Shown here: piece after piece, positions 56,559 to 64,000 of the stretch
Layout: the number at the start of each line of letters is the position of its first letter
How positions within the stretch are numbered: position 1 is the first letter of the stretch
Origin: Spirochaetota bacterium
GTDB lineage: Bacteria; Spirochaetota; UBA4802; JAGODF01
DNA: 64,000 bases
Assembly: GCA_026419015.1 (NCBI GenBank)
Contig: JAOAAF010000002.1
Coordinates: forward strand, 811-64,810
Direction of reading: 5' to 3'
Position numbers and translations under genes: made by a program
The notes under the pieces: model-generated
Databases searched by the model: none
Told to the model about the DNA's origin: nothing
The model's input: the letters and a program-made list of their open reading frames with translations, nothing else

Positions 56559-56596
56559 CCCCACGCCTGCTACAAGTAACAGGCGTGGGTTTTATT
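56559..56596 (+). terminator. rho-independent terminator of the hsp20 cluster
   Basis: CCCCACGCCTG-ctacaagtaa-CAGGCGTGGG followed by TTTTATT, 13 nt after the stop. Confidence 0.8.
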
Positions 56597-56686
56597 ATAA
56601 TCTTAAAACGCATGAGAAGGAAAAGGATTGATTTTTTTCTTTTGTATCCCAAATAATCCCACATCTCAACGATAGGGAGGCAACGG

Positions 56687-56902
56687 ATGAATCAAATTGA
56701 ACAGAGCGAACAAACGAGAAGCGCTCTCAAACGTCGATTTATTATATCGCTTGTGCTTCTTATTGCAGGAATTATCTATGCCATTGTGCCAATCGATATC
56801 ATTCCCGATCTTTTAGGTCCAATCGGTTGGATCGATGATATCGGCGTCCTTTTGCTAGCGTGCCTTTACTCATGGTTTTCATACCGAAAACTAAAAAAAT
56901 GA
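56687..56902 (+). CDS. YkvA/DUF1232-family small membrane protein
   Basis: YAIVPIDIIPDLLGPIGWIDDIGVLL is the DUF1232 signature. GGGAGG RBS. Confidence 0.7.
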   Translation: MNQIEQSEQTRSALKRRFIISLVLLIAGIIYAIVPIDIIPDLLGPIGWIDDIGVLLLACLYSWFSYRKLKK

Positions 56903-56945
56903 CAGCTTTAATAATGATTTATCGATGGATAACCGATCTGACAAA

Positions 56946-57662
56946 CTAAAAGAGGGTGAGAACGATACCAAAGCCAAATATTGATTCCATCTTCCACAGG
57001 CTAATTTCACTATTGCTCTCGTCATGAACCAATCGAGTGCGAAGGGGAAATGGCATCGTAGAACTGTATATTCCACAATAAATACGTTCGGTTATTTTGT
57101 ATTGCACGAAAAGCAGTACTTTAAAAGTCGCTCGTGTGACATCGGTCCATACAAGACCATCAATTGGAGTGCTTGTAGTAATAATTTCCCAGTTAATTTC
57201 CTCAAAAAGACGGGCTATGCCTATTTCAAGAATTGAACCTATCTTAACATTGCGTATTTGAATAGAATACCCACCACACGCCATTAATAATAATCCTTCA
57301 AGGCGGACATTGAGTTCGAATGGCATTGTTGTGACTTGTTCGGGTAATGGATTAAGATCGGGTGTGAGATTGAATCTGTTGTTGAATATGAAATATGAAA
57401 TGCTTATCCCATATTCAAGATTTGGATGCGATTTTGAAAAGTATCCCTTATATATACCAAATTTTACTCCCGAAAGAGGGGTTTTATGCAGCTCACCATA
57501 AAAATCGGCTTTTGCATACCCGTAAACATAACCAAACCGAAGTGAGAAAAATTCATCAGAGGTATCTTCTGGAAAAACTGCATTAGTAATAGAAATAAAA
57601 GCTATTAAAAAACTCATTCGAAGGAGAAATTTTATTTTTTTATTCAAGACGAACCTCATCAT
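56946..57662 (-). CDS. outer-membrane beta-barrel protein (hypothetical)
   Basis: Start set at MMRFVLNKK, since the longer ORF would run through the tRNA terminator. Signal-like LIAFISITNAVF, alternating aromatic/Gly strands, C-terminal ...GIVLTLF. Confidence 0.5.
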   Translation of the reverse strand: MMRFVLNKKIKFLLRMSFLIAFISITNAVFPEDTSDEFFSLRFGYVYGYAKADFYGELHKTPLSGVKFGIYKGYFSKSHPNLEYGISISYFIFNNRFNLTPDLNPLPEQVTTMPFELNVRLEGLLLMACGGYSIQIRNVKIGSILEIGIARLFEEINWEIITTSTPIDGLVWTDVTRATFKVLLFVQYKITERIYCGIYSSTMPFPLRTRLVHDESNSEISLWKMESIFGFGIVLTLF

Positions 57663-57673
57663 CTTATAAAATA

Positions 57674-57710
57674 AAAAAAAGCGGCAAACCAATCCGCTTT
57701 TTGTTTTTAT
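57674..57710 (-). terminator. terminator hairpin downstream of the tRNA pair
   Basis: On the minus strand AAAAAGCGG-attggtttg-CCGCTTTTT followed by TTTAT. It sits immediately after the second tRNA. Confidence 0.55.
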
Positions 57711-57715
57711 CGCAT

Positions 57716-57789
57716 TAGCGGAGGAGGGACTCGAACCCCCGACCTACGGATTATGATTCCGCTGCTCTAACCAACTGGGCTACTCCGCC
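57716..57789 (-). tRNA. tRNA with CAT anticodon (elongator Met, or Ile2 if lysidinylated)
   Basis: Minus strand GGCGGAGTAGCCCAGTTGGTTAGAGCAGCGGAATCATAATCCGTAGGTCGGGGGTTCGAGTCCCTCCTCCGCTA folds as a cloverleaf: acceptor GGCGGAG/CTCCGCT, anticodon loop ATCATAA, T-arm GGGGG-TTCGAGT-CCCTC. No encoded CCA. Confidence 0.85.
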
Positions 57790-57794
57790 ACTTT

Positions 57795-57867
<73 letters not shown>

Positions 57868-57878
57868 ATCTTCTTACC

Positions 57879-57907
57879 AAAATACGAAAAGGTATTTTTT
57901 ATGTCAA
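57879..57907 (-). promoter_or_regulatory. sigma-70 promoter of the tRNA pair
   Basis: Minus strand TTGACA, 17 nt, TATTTT, ending about 11 nt before the first tRNA nucleotide. Confidence 0.6.
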
Positions 57908-58004
57908 ATTTTTTTTAACATTCTTTTTCAACGGGTAGCGCAACACATGGAAATCACTTGACGCTAACAGGAATTCAATTAAGCCTGCAAATTCGAATAT
58001 TGCC

Positions 58005-58868
58005 ATGAGACCATCCGACAATATTCTTCACGCTCTTTCGCAGGTATTCATCACTGCGAAGGCAAGCCAATTTGAAACGCGGTATGCGAAGCTGGTGGAG
58101 CAGTATCGTATGAATTGCGAAATTGTGCTCGATTTAAACTCGCTGTATCATTTTGGGAGAACGCAATTCAAACAAATTGCTTCATTGTTAAATCGAAATA
58201 GGGTTCGCCGTACAATTCACGCGCCATTCCAGGAAATTTTTTTAGGGACTCCCGATGCCCTGGTGCGAAAAGCAGCAACAAGTAGACTTAAAATGGCGTT
58301 CGATATTGCAAAGCGTTTTGAACCAGAATTAGTTGTGATTCATCTTAATTACGAAGAGAGGAGATTTTCATTTGTATATTCCGAGTGGTTGCATCATATA
58401 AATGAAAACATTGAAATTTTTGCAACGTACGCTCAAAAAATTGGTGCCTTGTTGGTACTGGAAAACGTGTACGAGGAAACTCCAACAGCGATGCGCGATG
58501 TGCTTATGAGATTTTCTGGAAAAAATGTAGGCGCCTGCCTCGATGTGGGTCATGTAATGGCATTTTCAAATACAAGTTTGCGACAGTGGCTGGGAACAAT
58601 TGGCAATTGCGTGCGCCATTTTCATTTGCACGACAATGATGGCACAAAAGATTTCCACTGGCCAATTGGAAAAGGAAAAATTGATTTCAAACTTGTACAG
58701 CGCTATATTAGCCAAACGCACCACCCAATTTGGGTGACGCTTGAGCCCCATCGAATAGGAGATATATGGGAAACGCTTGAAGGATTTTGTGCAAAGGGAT
58801 TGTCAGAAGCAATGGAGAAAAGATTACAGGATACATCTAACAATTGCGGGCATGTAGGTCAGATATGA
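58005..58868 (+). CDS. sugar phosphate isomerase/epimerase (xylose isomerase-like TIM barrel) family protein
   Basis: VVIHLN, LVLENVYEE, CLDVGHV and FHLHDNDG metal-ligand pattern. Confidence 0.7.
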   Translation: MRPSDNILHALSQVFITAKASQFETRYAKLVEQYRMNCEIVLDLNSLYHFGRTQFKQIASLLNRNRVRRTIHAPFQEIFLGTPDALVRKAATSRLKMAFDIAKRFEPELVVIHLNYEERRFSFVYSEWLHHINENIEIFATYAQKIGALLVLENVYEETPTAMRDVLMRFSGKNVGACLDVGHVMAFSNTSLRQWLGTIGNCVRHFHLHDNDGTKDFHWPIGKGKIDFKLVQRYISQTHHPIWVTLEPHRIGDIWETLEGFCAKGLSEAMEKRLQDTSNNCGHVGQI

Positions 58869-59731
58869 TCGCAGGTAATGTAATGGGCCTTTTGAACATA
58901 CTTCTGTTTATCAGCGCGATTTGCTGCATGGGCATTGCCGCGTGCTGCGCAATGTGTGCACTTCATGGAAACAATGATCGTTTTAAAACTTTATTGAAAT
59001 TTTTCTTTTATGTGGGTGTTTTCTTTTTCGTTTTTTCTGGGGTAGTCCGATATTTCCCTTTCGGCTTACGCGATTTTATCCTCATTGCTCGCACGATTTG
59101 GGGACATCTTTATCTTTTGGTGTTATTTTTGATTTTACTATTAATTTACATCCATTTGTCGCGATGGGGAAAGCACTGGATTCCAGTGGCAGCGGTAGTT
59201 CTTCCTTTCATAACGATAATAAGTCTCCTTTCCCTCCCATTAATTTCATCGAATAGAATAATGGATGCACGAATTGCCAACCATCTTTTGCCATTCCACG
59301 TGATATTTGCGCTTTCGGGGGAACTTTTTTTCCTGTTAGCGAGCGCTGGTTCTATCATTTTCTTGTATCTTAATTTCCAGTTAAAACGAAAGATTTCGCT
59401 CGTGCGCACGATGTCATTGCCAAGCCTCGAATCGATTGAATCGTTTACCGCGTGGGCTTCCCAAATGGCATTTTTCCTTTTAAGCATAGGGCTGGTATTA
59501 GGGATAATCCTTGTATGGATAAATTTCAAAACTCTGTTTTTATTTTCTTTTAAAGAAATTGTGATGTATATTTCGTGGCTCTGCGTTTTTTGTGTATATT
59601 TGCTTAGAAGAAAAAAATTAGCAGGTGCGACTACCATTTCTCTTGTTACCATTGTGCTCTTTATTGTGGCAGGTGCGCTTTTCGTTGTAGCAAATTTTTT
59701 CAGGGAGGCAGGCTTTCATAGCTTCAAGTAA
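58865..59731 (+). CDS. cytochrome c assembly (CcsA/HemX-like) family membrane protein
   Basis: About 8 TM helices, ATGA overlap with the upstream gene, immediately precedes hemA. The family call rests on topology and context rather than a strict motif. Confidence 0.6.
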   Translation: MIAGNVMGLLNILLFISAICCMGIAACCAMCALHGNNDRFKTLLKFFFYVGVFFFVFSGVVRYFPFGLRDFILIARTIWGHLYLLVLFLILLLIYIHLSRWGKHWIPVAAVVLPFITIISLLSLPLISSNRIMDARIANHLLPFHVIFALSGELFFLLASAGSIIFLYLNFQLKRKISLVRTMSLPSLESIESFTAWASQMAFFLLSIGLVLGIILVWINFKTLFLFSFKEIVMYISWLCVFCVYLLRRKKLAGATTISLVTIVLFIVAGALFVVANFFREAGFHSFK

Positions 59732-59732
59732 T

Positions 59733-61055
59733 ATGAAAGGAATCATTGAGCCAATACGCGAGGTGGTTCTTGTTGGATTAAGCCACAAGACTGCACCGGT
59801 TGAAATGCGAGAACGTTTTGCGCTCGAAGGCGATGCGCGCCTTCGTTTCATCAAACAAGCATTGATTGCCGGAGTCGAAGAAGTTGTATATGTGGCGACA
59901 TGCAATAGAGTAGAAGCATATGCGGCATCGCGATATCCCGAAAGAGCGGTGAAAATATTGTTAGAGCTTTTTGAAGAGGTATCTTCAATTCCTCAAAGCG
60001 ATGCAGAAAAGTTTGTATTCCGGAAATACTCCAAAGAAGCGGTTTCGCATTTATTTGAAGTTGCCTCATCGCTCGACTCAATGGTGGTAGGCGAAAATGA
60101 AATTTTAGGACAGCTTAAGGAATGCTATAGTAACGCTGTAAAAGCGAAAACAACCGGGCCTGTCCTTAACAAACTCTTTCATCACGCATTTCGTACAGCA
60201 AAGCGAGTGCGTTCTGAGACTGCAATTTCGCGCAATCCGCTTTCAGTCGCATTTATTGCAGTTGAACTTGCACGAAAAATTTTTGAGGACATTACAAAGG
60301 AGCGTGCATTGATTATTGGTGCAGGGGAGATGGGCGAACTCATTTTGCGCTATTTAGTGAAGGCTGGCGTGCATCATATCGTTATCGCAAATAGGTCAAT
60401 TGCCAATGCGGAGTCATTAGCGCGGGAAGTATATCCTGATGCGCGAGTCGTACCACTTGTCGAAGCAGCAGCAGAGTCAGCCATGGCAGATATCCTCATA
60501 AGTTCGGTTGCATCGCGCGATTTTGTATTAACCGAAAAAAATGTTCGAGAAATAATGAAGTTCAGGAAAGGGAAACCCCTTTTTATCATCGACATTGCTG
60601 TTCCGCGCACGATCGATCCGAATATATCTCATATTGAAGATGTATTTTTATATGATATAGATGATTTAAAATCGATTTCGGAAGAAAACAGAAAAGTTAG
60701 AGAAAGAGAAGTTAACATTGCAATGGAAATAATCGAAGAAGATGTAAAGGAATTTTTATTGTGGCAGCGAGGGCTTGCTGTTGTTCCTGCCATTAATTTC
60801 ATCCAAAAAAAGTTTGAAGAGATACGAAAAAAGGAGCTTGCACGGTACCGTCGCAAAAAGCTCAAGCACCTTGCGCAAAAGGATTTTAAAGCCGTGGAAG
60901 AGCTTACATTGCAAATTATGACCAAAACGCTACACAATCCAATTGCGCACTTGAAAGAAATTGCAAAGGGAATGCGAGGTCATGGTGAAAGAACCATTGA
61001 GGAAGCAGTGCATATGATAATGGAGATGTTTAAAGATGAAGGATATGAAAAATGA
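59733..61055 (+). CDS. hemA: glutamyl-tRNA reductase
   Basis: VGLSHKTAPVEMRE, TCNRVE (catalytic Cys), SLDSMVVGENEILGQLK, IIGAGEMGEL. Confidence 0.9.
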   Translation: MKGIIEPIREVVLVGLSHKTAPVEMRERFALEGDARLRFIKQALIAGVEEVVYVATCNRVEAYAASRYPERAVKILLELFEEVSSIPQSDAEKFVFRKYSKEAVSHLFEVASSLDSMVVGENEILGQLKECYSNAVKAKTTGPVLNKLFHHAFRTAKRVRSETAISRNPLSVAFIAVELARKIFEDITKERALIIGAGEMGELILRYLVKAGVHHIVIANRSIANAESLAREVYPDARVVPLVEAAAESAMADILISSVASRDFVLTEKNVREIMKFRKGKPLFIIDIAVPRTIDPNISHIEDVFLYDIDDLKSISEENRKVREREVNIAMEIIEEDVKEFLLWQRGLAVVPAINFIQKKFEEIRKKELARYRRKKLKHLAQKDFKAVEELTLQIMTKTLHNPIAHLKEIAKGMRGHGERTIEEAVHMIMEMFKDEGYEK

Positions 61056-62118
61056 ATTGCGACTTATTTTTTGGGAACTGACAAAACGGTGTAACCTCAA
61101 ATGCATTCATTGCAGAGCTGAAGCCACTGAAGCGCTTTGCGAAGAACTTTCAACGAATGATATTTTCCAAACAATCGATGAAATCGCTCGATTCGCAAAG
61201 CCGATAATTGTTCTTACAGGTGGCGAGCCACTCTATCGCGCAGATGTTTTCGACATTGCGCACTATGCGGTGCAAAAGAAATTTCGCGTTGCGCTCGCAA
61301 CAAATGGAACGTTAATCGATGCACTTGTTGCGAAAAAAATTCGCGATTCTGGAATTTCGCGTGTCAGCATTTCCATCGATGGATCAACTGCAGCAACGCA
61401 CGATGCATTTAGAGGAATACAAGGAAGTTTTGATGAGGCTATGCGCGGAGCTCGCGAACTTACACAAGTAGGTGTTGAATTTCAGTTTAATATCACCATC
61501 ACACGTCGAAATGTGCACGAGTTTGAAGATGTCATTTCATTTGCACAATCGAATGGTGCAAAAGCAGTTCACGCGTTTATGTTAGTTCCAGTTGGATGCG
61601 GTGCACAGATTGCAAGTTCGGATATGCTCTCTTCAGAAGAATACGAAAGGGTTTTGCATCGATTATACGAAATATCGCGCGATTTTGGTTTTGAGGTGAA
61701 AGCAACGTGTGCACCTCATTATTATCGCATTATTCGCCAGCGCGCGAGAAATGAGGGGAGAAAAATTAGCTTTGAAACTGATGGGCTTTCGGCAATCACG
61801 CGCGGATGCTTGGCAGGATTAGGAGTATGTTTCATTTCCCATAAAGGCGATGTGCAACCATGCGGGTACTTGCCATTAGCTGTAGGCAATATTCGACACA
61901 CCCCGCTTGGCGAAATCTGGGAATCTTCTCGGCTATTTTTAACGTTGCGCGATTTTTCCCTTCTTTCTGGAAAATGTGGCGCGTGCGAATATATTGCGTT
62001 TTGCGGAGGATGTCGCGCGCGGGCATATTTTGCAACGAACAATCCGTTCGATGAAGAACCGTATTGTTTATATGTGCCTGCACGATTGCGCGCATCAAAA
62101 AACTGTGAAAGCGAATGA
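61036..62118 (+). CDS. radical SAM / SPASM-domain enzyme, AhbD/NirJ-like (anaerobic heme-branch maturase)
   Basis: CNLKCIHC (CX3CX2C), LTGGEPL, LATNGTL, ISIDG, and a C-terminal SPASM Cys cluster (CGYLP...GKCGACEYIAFCGGCRARAY). Overlaps the hemA 3' end by 20 nt. Confidence 0.7.
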   Translation: MKDMKNELRLIFWELTKRCNLKCIHCRAEATEALCEELSTNDIFQTIDEIARFAKPIIVLTGGEPLYRADVFDIAHYAVQKKFRVALATNGTLIDALVAKKIRDSGISRVSISIDGSTAATHDAFRGIQGSFDEAMRGARELTQVGVEFQFNITITRRNVHEFEDVISFAQSNGAKAVHAFMLVPVGCGAQIASSDMLSSEEYERVLHRLYEISRDFGFEVKATCAPHYYRIIRQRARNEGRKISFETDGLSAITRGCLAGLGVCFISHKGDVQPCGYLPLAVGNIRHTPLGEIWESSRLFLTLRDFSLLSGKCGACEYIAFCGGCRARAYFATNNPFDEEPYCLYVPARLRASKNCESE

Positions 62119-62167
62119 ATCGTGAAAGAGTTTCAATCGAAATAAACACAAACGGGATGCAATTGCA

Positions 62168-63184
62168 ATGGCATGCGGAATAAAATTTAATGTAAAACAG
62201 TACGCGCGCGCATGGTGCGGTGCAATGATGTTACATTGCGCGTGCGCATTTCCAACACAACACAGCGATTTTGATGCATTAAAAAGCCAGTATTTTCGAA
62301 AACTATCGTCGTATGAATTCGATCCAACAACAACCCTCGAAGCGAGAATAAAGACGATTCCTCAATTTTTATTGAACGAAGTAAAAAAAGTGGATGGACG
62401 CGATGATTATCGAAGCTATGTGCTTTCGAGGAGTGAAAAAAAACAGCTTGCAAAATACCTTTCCCTCCTTCCACCCCGTTACCGTGAGGTGCTTACAAAG
62501 CGCCTCATTGGAATTTTTGCAATCAGCCCGTTTATGGGAGCGGGTCTTGCCGATTGGGTGTTGGATGAAAACAATCGGATATATGCAATTCTCATTTTAA
62601 ATCCCGAAGTGATGAAGAAAACGATTTCTGAATGGCTAAGTTATCGCGAAGCGAGTTGTTTTATCCGCGATGATCCAAAAATTGAAATTTGCGTCGATGC
62701 AGGAAACCGCTATACTGCGCTGTTGTATTTTTTGTTGCACGAAGTAGCACATATTGTCGATTATGTGGAACACCACACGCCGTATGTTGAAATCCCGCTG
62801 AAGGCGATTTCGAAATATCCGATTTACACGCGTACATTTGTGCGGGAGTGGTGGCAAGATTATTCCCAACCCGTTACCGCGGCGGATTTTCCGATGCGCA
62901 CGTCGATAACGTTTTATGGGTTATCGAATGGTCCCAAAATACCGATTTCAAAAGCAAAGGAGTTGTACGACGCATTTTCAAAATCGCCTTTTGTAACCTT
63001 ATATGCGTCGCAAAATTGGGCAGAGGATTTTGCTGAAACCACATTTGTGTACCATATTGCAAAAAAGTTGCATCAACCCTATCGCATCATTGTAATGCGC
63101 GATGGCAAAGCGAGTGCTATTTACAAACCAAACATGAATGCGTTGCTGCAAAAGAAATTTGCGTATTTTCGCTCATTCTACTGA
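62168..63184 (+). CDS. putative zinc metallopeptidase-like protein (HExxH)
   Basis: 338-aa ORF with LLHEVAHIVDY and a downstream WAEDFAET (candidate third-ligand Glu, as in M90/MtfA-like zincins). No clear signal peptide. Confidence 0.45.
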   Translation: MACGIKFNVKQYARAWCGAMMLHCACAFPTQHSDFDALKSQYFRKLSSYEFDPTTTLEARIKTIPQFLLNEVKKVDGRDDYRSYVLSRSEKKQLAKYLSLLPPRYREVLTKRLIGIFAISPFMGAGLADWVLDENNRIYAILILNPEVMKKTISEWLSYREASCFIRDDPKIEICVDAGNRYTALLYFLLHEVAHIVDYVEHHTPYVEIPLKAISKYPIYTRTFVREWWQDYSQPVTAADFPMRTSITFYGLSNGPKIPISKAKELYDAFSKSPFVTLYASQNWAEDFAETTFVYHIAKKLHQPYRIIVMRDGKASAIYKPNMNALLQKKFAYFRSFY

Positions 63185-63191
63185 GGCAAAC

Positions 63192-64000
63192 ATGTGCACC
63201 AGATATTCGGCAATGATTACCAACAAATTTCTCGCATTTTTATGGCGAATGGGAACCGTATTGCTCGATGAACCGATGTCCCGTCACACCACCTATCGCA
63301 CTGGAGGCCCCGCGGATTGTTTATTTATCCCCAACAATCCCGCATGTTTGGGAGAAGTGCGCGAAATGGCTAAAAAAGAAGGATTGCCATTTTTGGTTAT
63401 CGGCGGAGGTTCAAATATTTTAGTTTCCGATAAAGGAATCCGCGGCATTGTGGCGCGCGTATGCGGTGAGGTTGATGCGGGAATACGAACTGTTGCTCAA
63501 AAAGATGAAAGCATTGTGGTATTTGTTGATGCGCGTGTTGAGAAGAAAGCATTTCTCGAATGGGCGCTGCGCCGGGGATTTTCGGGAATGGAATTTATGG
63601 CGGGACTTCCTGGCTGCATTGGCGGAGGAATTGCAATGAATGCGGGCACGCATATCGGATGGTTTTCCGATATTCTCACTCGCGTGCGCATTATCGATAA
63701 AGCTGGCATGCTGCGAGAAAAGGATATCACCGATGAGATGATATCGTATAGGGAATTGCGATTTGAAGAGGGAACCATCATTGTGGGTGGATATTTCCGA
63801 TTACAAAAAACAAACGATCCGCAATCGATTCAAAAAATTGTTGAAGATATCATTCGCGAACGTGAACAAAAACATCCGCTCGAATACCCTTCGGCGGGTT
63901 CGGTATTTAAAAATCCCCATGGACATTTTGCCTGGAAGCTTATTAACGATAGCGGATTGCGCGGATATGCAATTGGAGGGGCGAAAATTTCAGAAAAGCA
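63192..64000 (+). CDS. murB: UDP-N-acetylenolpyruvoylglucosamine reductase, 3' end runs off the window
   Basis: Open frame from ATG 63192 to the window edge, absent from the ORF track because it has no stop. MSRHTTYRTGGPADCLF, LVIGGGSNILVSD, PGCIGGGIAMNAGT, SAGSVFKNP. Confidence 0.85.
   Translation, partial: MCTRYSAMITNKFLAFLWRMGTVLLDEPMSRHTTYRTGGPADCLFIPNNPACLGEVREMAKKEGLPFLVIGGGSNILVSDKGIRGIVARVCGEVDAGIRTVAQKDESIVVFVDARVEKKAFLEWALRRGFSGMEFMAGLPGCIGGGIAMNAGTHIGWFSDILTRVRIIDKAGMLREKDITDEMISYRELRFEEGTIIVGGYFRLQKTNDPQSIQKIVEDIIREREQKHPLEYPSAGSVFKNPHGHFAWKLINDSGLRGYAIGGAKISEK

Noticed and set aside
61036-63184. Radical SAM/SPASM enzyme next to an HExxH protein as a possible RiPP maturation cluster
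   Set aside because: The radical SAM protein matches the AhbD/NirJ motif pattern and overlaps hemA. No small precursor-like ORF is evident between or beside the genes. The heme context is the simpler explanation.

Overview
This is a 64 kb stretch of ordinary bacterial chromosome, at roughly 40% G+C by eye. It is densely coded and most likely comes from a diderm bacterium: it encodes a LolA-like protein, an MlaD/MCE protein, three small beta-barrel outer membrane proteins and several lipoproteins. Short-form ThiC, formate-THF ligase and an AhbD-like radical SAM enzyme hint at an anaerobic lifestyle.

Recognisable housekeeping genes are rlmB (5' partial), hom-thrC, fhs, aroE-folC, lepB followed by a class B PBP, thiC, prmA, a ROK glucokinase, hemA, murB (3' partial), an RpoD-family sigma factor and ComEC. 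There are two tandem CAT-anticodon tRNAs, one of them the initiator.

Signalling genes are frequent:
- a cytoplasmic PAS histidine kinase
- a CHASE2 class III nucleotide cyclase
- a CYTH protein
- two STAS anti-sigma antagonists
- a GAF-SpoIIE phosphatase

I found no CRISPR array, transposase, integrase, reverse transcriptase or recognisable defence system.

The observations most worth follow-up are:
1. A folC-coupled pair: a GAF-like/degenerate GGDEF-like protein plus a TIGR00725 LOG/SLOG protein.
2. A divergent RavA-like AAA+/VWA pair behind an orphan histidine kinase.
3. A small compositionally odd patch around 35.4-36.8 kb. It holds a G+C-rich gene for a Cys/Trp/Gly-rich secreted protein and a possible XRE remnant. 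On one side lies an Ntn-amidotransferase-wHTH fusion, and on the other an orphan helicase-associated-domain protein.
4. A perfect CIRCE operator in front of three tandem hsp20 genes.
5. A perfect 12-bp inverted repeat in the rpoD leader.
6. Two apparent pseudoenzymes: an S26 peptidase-like protein and a SerB-like protein, both lacking catalytic residues.

All functional calls rest on motif recognition by eye. No database search was run.
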